Assembly: GCA_038883795.1 (NCBI GenBank)
Contig: JAVZLK010000013.1
Coordinates: 1 to 36,178 of the forward strand
Direction of reading: 5' to 3'
Length of the DNA stretch: 36,178 bases
From: Candidatus Bathyarchaeia archaeon
GTDB lineage: Archaea; Thermoproteota; Bathyarchaeia; Bathyarchaeales; Bathycorpusculaceae
A program made the translations under genes and the position numbers. The notes beneath the pieces are model-generated. The model had not been told where the DNA came from. It saw nothing but the letters and a program-made list of their open reading frames with translations, and searched no databases. This document shows, one piece after another, positions 28,687 to 36,178 of the stretch. Position 1 is the first letter of the stretch. Every line of letters starts with the position of its first letter.

Positions 28687-29400
28687 TTAAGTCTTTAATA
28701 CACCCGAAATTTGCTCTCTTTTAAGCAATGTTTGAGTAAAGATTCTTGATGTGGTTATCCAACCAAAAAGTCGGCTGATATTCCATAAAGTTGCCTTTTT
28801 GGCATATTTGGGGCCTACCGCCTCGCAACAATCTGATATAACGATAGGCCAAAACTCTCTGTGGAAGGCATCACGCACGGTGGATTCAACGCAAATGTTT
28901 AATGCAACTCCGGTAAAAAACAGGTATTTAAGTTTTAAATGGCTCAATACTTTTTCTAAATCTGTGTTAACAAAACCGCTGTATCTTTGTTTGTCGATGA
29001 TTACATCCCCTGCCATGGGTTTAAGTTCATTAATAATTTCAGCGCCCCATGTTCCTTTAATTAACAATTTTTCTTTAAGTTCTGGGCTTTGACGTGCGAG
29101 CACGGAGCATCGTGCTTTCCAGTAGTGGGGAGAATCTGCATTTCCAGTATCGGATAAATCGGGTGCATGTGTATGCCTTATGTATATTATTTTAAAACCA
29201 AGCTTCCTTGAAACGTCCAAAACATTTGTAAGCGGTTTAATTAAACATCTAAGGTTCAATATATCATAGCCAAGAATATCAAACATTCCTCCTTTACTTA
29301 AAAATGCGTTCTGTGCATCTACTACAACAACTGCGGTTTTTGCCAAATCTACTAATATAGGCGCTGGTTTAGCTGAAATCTTTACAATTCTTTTTTCCAC
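28687..29400 (-). CDS. rutB: Cysteine hydrolase (isochorismatase family), RutB-like amidohydrolase
   Basis: Asp-Lys-Cys triad (VVDAQN, KQRYSGF, NICVESTVRD) plus RutB-like segments SPHYWK, KLLIKGTW, AVGPKYAKKATLWNI..FGW. Family is certain; orthology is not. Confidence 0.8.
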   Translation of the reverse strand: MEKRIVKISAKPAPILVDLAKTAVVVVDAQNAFLSKGGMFDILGYDILNLRCLIKPLTNVLDVSRKLGFKIIYIRHTHAPDLSDTGNADSPHYWKARCSVLARQSPELKEKLLIKGTWGAEIINELKPMAGDVIIDKQRYSGFVNTDLEKVLSHLKLKYLFFTGVALNICVESTVRDAFHREFWPIVISDCCEAVGPKYAKKATLWNISRLFGWITTSRIFTQTLLKREQISGVLKT

Positions 29401-29605
29401 ATCAAACCCAAATTTGAAGTCGCTTATACTTAGAAAGTTTTGTGAACCTAAAAGATTTGCGGGTAAAAGACGCTCATAAGAAGCGTGACGGCCGTTTGGA
29501 GATTCCTTTAAAATGGGCGCCCTAAAAGAGTTCTGCTCAATTGATGATTACGCCCCGTACAAAAAATGTTGAAATCTATCACGATTTTTTACTAAAGCAA
29601 TTTTG

Positions 29606-29620
29606 CGAAAAATATTTAAG
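29606..29620 (+). promoter_or_regulatory. Putative BRE/TATA promoter of the solute-binding protein gene
   Basis: CGAAAAA-TATTTAAG 30 nt before ATG 29651; GAGGGG RBS-like motif in between. Confidence 0.55.
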
Positions 29621-29650
29621 GGAAAGAGCTAACAAAAAGAGGGGATTAAT

Positions 29651-30883
29651 ATGCAAAAAAAATGGATTATAGTCGCTTCATGTGTCATAGTGATTCTCAT
29701 CGTTGCTGGAATTGTCGCCTACTATTATTGGCCTCGTCCACAAGCTAAAACTGAAATACTGATAGGTGCTGCCGTATCACAAACAGGGGCTTTGGCACCA
29801 ATGGGGAACAAAGTAATTGCAGGCTATAGACTTTGGGAGGAATACATTAATAGTGAAGGAGGTCTATTGGGTATGACAGTTCGCATTATAATGTATGATG
29901 ACCAGTCTGATCCGACTAGGACAAAGAGCTTATATGAAAGGCTAATAACAGTTGATCAAGTAGACTTTGTTTTAGGGCCATATTCAAGCGGTTGCTCTTT
30001 AGCTATGGCTCCGGTTGCTGAAAAATATAAGAAAATTACCATCCACCCACTGTCCACCGCAGGGGAACTATATAACAACCCAGATTATGATTACCAGTTC
30101 TTAGCTAAAGTGGGAGGAATAAGCGGTATAGGAGTGCCCAGCATGGAAGAAGACTATTTGCATGTGCAATTCTTTAAAAGCTTCGCAGATATTAGAACAG
30201 TTGGCGTAATTAATACAGCTGATTATTATCCGCGATCTCGCGCCAACTCTTTTAAGGCGTTAGCACAATACTTCGGATTAAGAGTGACTTTTGAAGATGA
30301 AATACCAAAAGAAGCAACGGATGTTACTGCCGTTATAACCAGAATTAAGGAAGCAAACCCTGATATCTTTGTAGTGATTGGATTTTTGCCAATTGAAACA
30401 TTGCTTATTCGAACAGCCTTTGAGCAAGGTTACCATCCAAAAATGATATTTGGTGCGACGTGTAATATTCCTGAGGCTTGGAACATTCTTGGGGACAAGT
30501 GTCAAGGGGTTGTAACATCGTTAGATTTCCTTCCATCCCTAAACTTTACGGAATCTAAAAAATTTGTCCAATTATATCAAAATAAATATGGAAAGTTACC
30601 AGAAGGACACTTTGAAGCATTAGGTTTCGCATCTTGTCAACTTCTCGAAGCTGCAATCAAAGCAACAAAATCTCTCAACCAAGATAGAATTAAAGAATGG
30701 CTAATTAACAATGAAGTTGAAACATGTGTAGGACCATGGAAACTTAGTAAAGTTGCTTTTGACCTAGGTTACAAATACGTCCCGGAGTACTTTAAGATGA
30801 TACCTCAATGGCAAAATGGCAAAATGGAAATTGTTTACCCAACTGAAATAGCAACTGCAACACCAATTTACCCAATTCCATGA
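29651..30883 (+). CDS. LivK-like (PBP type 1) ABC solute-binding protein with N-terminal membrane anchor
   Basis: KK plus a hydrophobic helix, SQTG, INSEGGLLG, YDDQSDP, LGPYSSG, QWQNG. Confidence 0.92.
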   Translation: MQKKWIIVASCVIVILIVAGIVAYYYWPRPQAKTEILIGAAVSQTGALAPMGNKVIAGYRLWEEYINSEGGLLGMTVRIIMYDDQSDPTRTKSLYERLITVDQVDFVLGPYSSGCSLAMAPVAEKYKKITIHPLSTAGELYNNPDYDYQFLAKVGGISGIGVPSMEEDYLHVQFFKSFADIRTVGVINTADYYPRSRANSFKALAQYFGLRVTFEDEIPKEATDVTAVITRIKEANPDIFVVIGFLPIETLLIRTAFEQGYHPKMIFGATCNIPEAWNILGDKCQGVVTSLDFLPSLNFTESKKFVQLYQNKYGKLPEGHFEALGFASCQLLEAAIKATKSLNQDRIKEWLINNEVETCVGPWKLSKVAFDLGYKYVPEYFKMIPQWQNGKMEIVYPTEIATATPIYPIP

Positions 30884-30896
30884 TTTTTTTATTTTT
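30884..30896 (+). terminator. Oligo-T terminator
   Basis: TTTTTTTATTTTT immediately after the stop codon. Confidence 0.6.
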
Positions 30897-31053
30897 AATT
30901 CTTCACCTTTATCTGAACCAGTTTTAAGATTTAAATCTCTGCATACTTGGAAGTACCTTTAATTCACTCTTTTATCATTGAGACTACCTAACTGTAATAA
31001 TAAAGTTTATTTTAGAAAAGGGCGAAAATGACAGCTAATTGGATGCGATGTGT

Positions 31054-32283
31054 ATGGCAAAGTGGATATCTAAGAATTGGTGGGTAAGCCCCCTAAATTT
31101 TCTTGAGGAAGTACAAAAAAATTTTAATCTCCCAAATAAAGTGGTTATTCACGATATCACATTACGAGATGGCGAGCAGCAAGCGGGCATTGTTTTTAAT
31201 AAAAAGGATAAAATTGAGATTGCACGAATGCTAGACGAAGTTGGCGTCCATCGAATTGAGGCTGGAATGCCTGCTGTTTCGAGAGAGGACAAGGAGGCTG
31301 TGAAAGCTATTGCACATGAGGGATTAAACGTCAAAGTTTTTTGTTTTGCTCGCTGCATGAAACGCGATGTTGACCTCGCATTGGAATGTGATGTTGACGG
31401 AATTGCTATGGAAATTCCTTCCAGTGAACATTTGATAAGATATGCATATGAATGGCCACTTGAAAAGGCTGTAGATTTATCGGTTGAAGCAACAAGCTAT
31501 GCTGCCAAACATGGTCTACATGTGGCTTTCTTCACAATAGATGGCACTAGAGCTGATCTAAAATGGTGGTTCAGCCTAGTGGACAAGGTCGCAACTGAAG
31601 GGCATATGGACTCGCTTGTTTTAGTAGATACTTTTGGTGTTTGCAATCCTGAGGCAATACGTTATTTAACAAGAAAAGCACGTGATCATTTTAGCAAACC
31701 TCTTGAGGCTCATTTTCACAACGACTTTGGATTAGCTGTTGCAAACACTTTAGCGGCAGTAACTGAAGGGGCGGAAATAATTCATACAACGGTAAACGGC
31801 ATAGGAGAGAGAATGGGAAACGCGGATTTGGCTGAAGTGGCGCTTGCTTTAGAAGCTTTATATGGGGTTAAGCTGGACTTAAAGTACAATAAACTATACA
31901 AACTTTCAAAGCTTGTTGAAAGACTTTCAGGAGTTAAAATGCCGCCGCACAAGGCAGTCGTTGGAGATGGAGCGTTCAAAGTTGAGTCTGGAATAATAGC
32001 AGGTTGGTGGAAAAATTTGGGGAAACATAATAAACCGTTAGTTATGTTTCCTTACCTTTGGAACTTAGTTGGACAGAAAGAGGTGAAAATATTACTTGGC
32101 AAAAAAAGTGGAAGGGACTCTATTTTGTTTAAGCTTAAGGAATTAGGGATTGACTTATCCACACTTGACGAAAATAAAATAGATAAAATACTAGATGAGG
32201 TAAAGGAAGAATCAATCAAAAGAAAATCGCCAATTTCGGAGGAAGTTTTGAGGCAAATCCTACAAAGAAATTGTTATTTGTGA
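31054..32283 (+). CDS. DRE-TIM metallolyase (homocitrate/isopropylmalate/citramalate synthase-like, no regulatory domain)
   Basis: DITLRDGEQ, IEAG, DTFG, HFHNDFGLAVAN, NGIGERMGN, GKKSG. Start could be 31039, 31048 or 31054. Confidence 0.92.
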   Translation: MAKWISKNWWVSPLNFLEEVQKNFNLPNKVVIHDITLRDGEQQAGIVFNKKDKIEIARMLDEVGVHRIEAGMPAVSREDKEAVKAIAHEGLNVKVFCFARCMKRDVDLALECDVDGIAMEIPSSEHLIRYAYEWPLEKAVDLSVEATSYAAKHGLHVAFFTIDGTRADLKWWFSLVDKVATEGHMDSLVLVDTFGVCNPEAIRYLTRKARDHFSKPLEAHFHNDFGLAVANTLAAVTEGAEIIHTTVNGIGERMGNADLAEVALALEALYGVKLDLKYNKLYKLSKLVERLSGVKMPPHKAVVGDGAFKVESGIIAGWWKNLGKHNKPLVMFPYLWNLVGQKEVKILLGKKSGRDSILFKLKELGIDLSTLDENKIDKILDEVKEESIKRKSPISEEVLRQILQRNCYL

Positions 32284-32315
32284 TAACATGTTATTTACGT
32301 GTAACATGCAGAAAT

Positions 32316-32912
32316 TCAAAAACCTTGGACATTAAACACGCTGGGCTGAGAGCCAAAATTAAGTGCCTTCGCTGGTGTTTTACTCTGCATGCGCACGCGT
32401 GATTTGGCTAAAATTCCATAAGTTAACATGGACACACTTAAGAGCGCTGTTATTGTTCCTAATCCTGTATAGGGGTAAAATGATCGCGTTACCTCTCCTA
32501 TTTTTTTCACATCGCCCGATATGCTCACAGAGTTTGTTCGCTCATTTTTTATTTGCAGAAAATCCGCGTTTTTTCCGGCAATTTCAACTTTCTGTTTAAA
32601 AATTGTTCCGGTCTGATTAAAGATTACGTCCTCCCAAACTTCCTCTTTTGTAGTTGGATCAAAACTGACGAGTCTTCCTATAATAACTCTGACAGGCTCT
32701 GAAGCTGATATGTTCAATTCCAAGAAGGTTCCATTTTGTGTTAGGGCAGCAAAAGCCCAACCTGTGATGTTTCCAGGGTTAAGTGATGAAGGTGTGATCG
32801 GGTCCCATTTTTCAATTACAACCTCCTCGACATGCACTTCATATATGAAGCAAGCCAAAACAATAGTGATTATTAGAAGACTAAACCCGACAATAACGAA
32901 AATTACTCTCAT
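32316..32912 (-). CDS. Hypothetical membrane protein (N- and C-terminal TM helices around a beta-rich domain)
   Basis: 198-aa ORF with two hydrophobic stretches. Confidence 0.75.
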   Translation of the reverse strand: MRVIFVIVGFSLLIITIVLACFIYEVHVEEVVIEKWDPITPSSLNPGNITGWAFAALTQNGTFLELNISASEPVRVIIGRLVSFDPTTKEEVWEDVIFNQTGTIFKQKVEIAGKNADFLQIKNERTNSVSISGDVKKIGEVTRSFYPYTGLGTITALLSVSMLTYGILAKSRVRMQSKTPAKALNFGSQPSVFNVQGF

Positions 32913-32960
32913 CGTACCAGCCGCTTAGAGCTCATTTCTTGAAAATGTCCATTCATGAAT

Positions 32961-33122
32961 TTAGCGTTTCTGTCTTTCCCTCAATATTTGATATAGAACG
33001 CCGTCTTCTGACAATATTAACACGCAGCCACATTTTGGACATTTGTAATAACAGTTTACACCCTTTTCCCCCTTCTGCTCACCGAGAAACTCAATCTTAC
33101 TGTGTAGGCATTCATCAGGCAC
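32961..33122 (-). CDS. Small zinc-ribbon-like protein (53 aa), not in the ORF track
   Basis: GTG start; MPDECLHSKIEFLGEQKGEKGVNCYYKCPKCGCVLILSEDGVLYQILRERQKR with CxH...CxxC; AAGGA RBS-like motif and a TATA-like box upstream. Confidence 0.75.
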   Translation of the reverse strand: MPDECLHSKIEFLGEQKGEKGVNCYYKCPKCGCVLILSEDGVLYQILRERQKR

Positions 33123-33321
33123 GTTAACATCCTTCCGAAGCTATTCTAAAAATAATAAAAGCATTACTTATACATTTTGCGCGTATAGGGTTATTAAGAA
33201 ACCACAAAAACCAAAATCTGCCTCATTTTTAAATACATTTTTCCAAAGCATGAAGTTGCAGCGAAAATCAAAAATTAACTCCGCCATTTAAACCTCTTCC
33301 AGCTACTAAAACTTGTTTGGT

Positions 33322-34144
33322 TTAGACTGGTATTGGGCGGCGTTTTAGGGCTCTGTAAGCAATCATGATTAATGTGCTTATTATTGTCCACGTGGTTACA
33401 GTGCGGACGGCTGTTGTGTTTACGCTGTGAATATTTATCTGTGTCGGGTCTTGTGTTAGAAAGAGTGCGGAGAATGTGAATATGCCCACCGTTAATGCAC
33501 TTATTATGTCTATTACTCTTTCTCTTTGTTGAGTTGGAGGCATGGCTTGTTTTAAAATCGCCTTTCTGAATATGATGGCAGTTAATGTGCATATTACTGC
33601 AATTGCGATGTAGGCTTCTAGGCGGATTTGTGGGGCTTGCGGCACGTTCAGCTGGATCCCAATACGGAAAAGTAAACTTCCAAGGATAAGCATAGAAAGC
33701 AAAGCTGCCTTTTGAAGCGTTGAAAGCTGTTTGTGGTTCCAGTTTCTTGGGAAGAGGCGGGTTGCCATGTAGAAAGTTAGGACGCCTTGAGTCATGCCCC
33801 ACCAGAAAAAGTTGACAAAGAAAAGCGCAGCCCAATTTATGCCGAAGGCTTGTGGCTCGACAAACTGGGTGGCTGGCACAAAAATTGTGAAGGCTGTCCC
33901 GAAAAAGAATCCGGTGATGAGGACATTATAGTCTTTTAAGCGGTGTTTGGTTATTAGGTCGCCCTTCTAAAAGGGCGAAGTACGGGAAATACACCAGAAA
34001 AAGGAAAAATGGTAGCATGGGACGAACGGCTAGGTTGTTTACGCCTCGCATAGAATATTCAAAGAGTAGGTTGAAGCCTACGGCTGTAAACACTATCTTC
34101 CAATGGTTCAACCTTAAGCCGCCCGTCACTTTATGCAAGCCCAT
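33322..34144 (-). pseudogene. Polytopic membrane protein gene split by one frameshift near 33961
   Basis: ORF 33926..34144 (...YFALLE) continues in another frame as DLITKHRLKDYNVLITGFFFGTAFTIFV directly into ORF 33322..33879. Confidence 0.8.
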
Positions 34145-34245
34145 GTGTTATAAACAAATGTGAATAGGTGTTTGCAACAACAAATTATGCTCATACATCT
34201 AAGGAGAGTGCTCTCGCCGTTTTGCCCTGGATTGGTGGTGGGTGA

Positions 34246-34623
34246 TTATTCTATTCCCCATTTTTTGGTTATCTTGACTATTATGAAGACTGCGAGGGCT
34301 ACTATGAGGAATGTTATTAGGGTGCCTATAAAATGTCCGATGCGGAATGGGCCCAACACGAAGGCTTCCCACTCTACGCCTGGCAGTATCAATGTTATTA
34401 TTGGCATTATTAGGTCTCCTACAAGTGCTTGAACCAATGTGCCCAAGTATAAGCCGAGGATGAAGGCTACTGCCATTCCCATAACCTTGTATTTGGATAT
34501 GAAGTCTAGGAACTCGTTCCATAAGCCTTTCTTTGGCGGTGGGGCTGGTTTAGGCTCTAATAGGGCTTTTATTTCCTTCAGAACCTGCAATATTTCTTCA
34601 TCCTTATCTTTGGTTTTAGACAT
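34246..34623 (-). CDS. mscL: Large-conductance mechanosensitive channel
   Basis: EFLDFISKYKVMGMAVAFILG, LVGDLIMPII, GHFIGTLITFLIVA. Confidence 0.92.
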   Translation of the reverse strand: MSKTKDKDEEILQVLKEIKALLEPKPAPPPKKGLWNEFLDFISKYKVMGMAVAFILGLYLGTLVQALVGDLIMPIITLILPGVEWEAFVLGPFRIGHFIGTLITFLIVALAVFIIVKITKKWGIE

Positions 34624-34670
34624 ACCTTCTCCTGGCTCTCTCTTATGTTGAGTTAGAATTTAAAACTTGT

Positions 34671-35534
34671 CTATGTTGACGTGTCTTTTAGCAGCCATGT
34701 TCCGTCGCATGTTGCCGTGTTTAAGCCTTTTAGGCTTTCGCGGCATGTGGCAAATTTAACGCCATACTTTTTCGCAAGTTCGGCTAAGCCTTCCATTAGC
34801 TTAAGCCTTACAGTTTTTGGCAAGTAAGTGTATCGCCCCATTTTTTCGCCCTTCTCAAAATAGAGGGGTTTAAGTTTTTCAGCTGTTTTTGGCATTGCTA
34901 GGCTTAGTCTTTGCCAGTTGTCCGCCTTAACCTTGTATGTGGAGGCTGTCACGTGCCTAACGCCTATTTCCGCTAGCGCCCTAACAAGGGTTTCGGGGTT
35001 TTCGTTCACGTATGGGATTATTGGGTCTATGCGGACAGCCACTGGTATGCCACATGCAACAAGCCTCTCAACGGTCTTCAGCCGCACCGAAGGTGGGGGA
35101 GCATTGGGCTCCAAGATTTTGGCTGTTTCCTCATCATCAGTCGTTATTGTCACCGCCACCATGGAGGGCACACGCTTGAGAAGGTCTATGTCCCTCAAAA
35201 CAATGTTAGATTTAGTAATTATCTGGATTCTGCAGTTTTGCCGCGCTAAGATTTCAAGACAACGCCTCGTCAAGCCCTTTTCAGTTTCAATTGTTGGGTA
35301 TGGGTCTGAAGAATTAGCAATAGAAATTAATTCGCCCTTAAGTTTGGCTGCCTCCCGCTCCAACCGTCGTAACAAATCCTTTTTCGGTCTACAATCATAA
35401 AACCGCGGTATATAGCTAGAGGCATAACAGTACACGCACTTATGGTCACATCCAGTATAAGGGTTAAAAGTCAGTTTAGGCGGGCATGTGCAGAGGGGCG
35501 AACGCCAAGGGTCAAACCATGTCAGCAAGTTCAA
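34671..35534 (-). CDS. Radical SAM protein, spore photoproduct lyase-like family
   Basis: NPYTGCDHKCVYCYA, SDPYP, ITKS, LEPNAP, IDPIIP. Confidence 0.92.
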   Translation of the reverse strand: MNLLTWFDPWRSPLCTCPPKLTFNPYTGCDHKCVYCYASSYIPRFYDCRPKKDLLRRLEREAAKLKGELISIANSSDPYPTIETEKGLTRRCLEILARQNCRIQIITKSNIVLRDIDLLKRVPSMVAVTITTDDEETAKILEPNAPPPSVRLKTVERLVACGIPVAVRIDPIIPYVNENPETLVRALAEIGVRHVTASTYKVKADNWQRLSLAMPKTAEKLKPLYFEKGEKMGRYTYLPKTVRLKLMEGLAELAKKYGVKFATCRESLKGLNTATCDGTWLLKDTST

Positions 35535-35630
35535 GGTTTATGGTGCTCCGGGTTTAGGTTTGCTCCGATAGAAAACTTGGTGTGTTATGCTTAAATTTGT
35601 TTGGAACATTAGGTTATGTTGGTGTTGGGT

Positions 35631-36178
35631 TTGGGTAAGCCTACTGAGATGAGTTTGCGGGATTTGTTGGTTGAGGAGCTTAAGCGTAGGGGCGTTGTGG
35701 TTGTTCCTGAGGTGAGTTTTAGGACTGTTGATGGGCGGCGTTTGGTTCCTGATTTGGTTTTGCATGATGGCGCGAATTATGTTGTTGAGACTAAGTTGGG
35801 GGCTGAGACTAAGCTTTTGGATGCTATGGTTCAGTTGTATGATTATAGTAAGCATGTTGGTGAGGCTAAGGGTGCTTTTGCTGTTTTGTTTCCGGAGGAG
35901 TTGCGGAGGCCTTGGCCTTCTGATGTGATTATGAGTGTTGCGCGGGATGTTAGGACGCAGATTAGTGTTGTTGGGATTTTTAAGGATTTGAGGCCTAGTC
36001 AGCAGTTTAGGGGTAGCCTTTACGAGGTGGCTGATTGGATTGCTGGGCATGTTTTGAGGCCTTTGGTTGTTGAGGCGGATACTGGTTTTGCTATTCGTGT
36101 TTTGAGGGATGCTGTGGATTATGTTAGTGCTAGTGTTCGTCAGTTGCAGGGTAAGGAGTTGGAGGATATTTTTGGTGG
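35631..36178 (+). CDS. N-terminus of a PD-(D/E)xK nuclease-domain protein (probable restriction or Type IIG R-M enzyme), partial; not in the ORF track
   Basis: Open frame to the window end: MGKPTEMSLRDLLVEELKRRG...VPEVSF...LVPDLVL...VVETKLG...MVQLYDY. In-frame ATG 35616 is an alternative start. Confidence 0.8.
   Translation, partial: MGKPTEMSLRDLLVEELKRRGVVVVPEVSFRTVDGRRLVPDLVLHDGANYVVETKLGAETKLLDAMVQLYDYSKHVGEAKGAFAVLFPEELRRPWPSDVIMSVARDVRTQISVVGIFKDLRPSQQFRGSLYEVADWIAGHVLRPLVVEADTGFAIRVLRDAVDYVSASVRQLQGKELEDIFG

Noticed and set aside
29401-29650. Riboswitch or structured RNA between the rutB-like and binding-protein genes
   Set aside because: Only short hairpins (ACGCT/AGCGT, GGGCGCCC) and no recognisable aptamer consensus; an Infernal/Rfam search would be needed.
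2618-33300. Integrase-type element (provirus or ICE) inserted in tRNA-Gln
   Set aside because: I found no repeat of the tRNA 3' half (GTTCGAATCTCCCCCGGGCT) at the far side, and no integrase, transposase or viral gene in the window.
1363-35400. Numerous antisense or alternate-frame ORFs in the track (e.g. 20803..21516, 18892..19446, 25496..25972, 33275..33835, 34918..35400)
   Set aside because: They lie largely or entirely over well-supported genes and show no family motifs.
35538-36050. 170-aa minus-strand ORF and 35728..35928 plus-strand ORF
   Set aside because: Shadow frames created by the G/T bias of the real nuclease gene.
1-36178. CRISPR array, rRNA or diversity-generating retroelement
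   Set aside because: No regularly spaced repeats or rRNA-like sequence. The paired repeats show no adenine-specific mismatch pattern and there is no reverse transcriptase.

Overview
Archaeal DNA, most likely Bathyarchaeia (inferred from an A1-U72 tRNA-Gln without encoded CCA, BRE/TATA promoters, T-tract terminators, a group II chaperonin and a membrane-anchored solute-binding protein). The left flank (1-2.7 kb) has a partial secreted zinc metallopeptidase, a small hypothetical gene, a universal stress protein and tRNA-Gln(CTG). Next comes a visibly AT-richer ~29 kb block (3114-32283) of anaerobic catabolic genes with no regulator or mobility gene. It encodes a Liv-type ABC importer, two acetylene-hydratase-clade Mo/W-bisPGD enzymes with an iron-sulfur flavoprotein, two AOR-family tungstoenzymes, a DHODH/PreA-fold flavoprotein with Fe-S partners, UbiD, two amidohydrolase-2 proteins, a RutB-like hydrolase, a class III CoA-transferase, an aminotransferase, a 2-hydroxyacid dehydrogenase, a DRE-TIM enzyme, a degenerate M20 protein and a degenerate chaperonin. 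Many of these have rewired or lost canonical active-site residues, so the block is a candidate undescribed pathway for anaerobic breakdown of hydroxylated aromatic or N-heteroaromatic acids; the substrate is inference only. DNA-level oddities: two perfectly identical tracts (141 and 67 bp) shared by otherwise diverged paralogs, copies of the same membrane-protein gene on both sides of the block, and a frameshift inside a perfect hairpin. The right flank has mscL, a SPL-like radical SAM gene and two genes absent from the ORF track: a 53-aa zinc-ribbon protein and the start of a PD-(D/E)xK nuclease. All comparisons to reference proteins are from memory, not from computed alignments.
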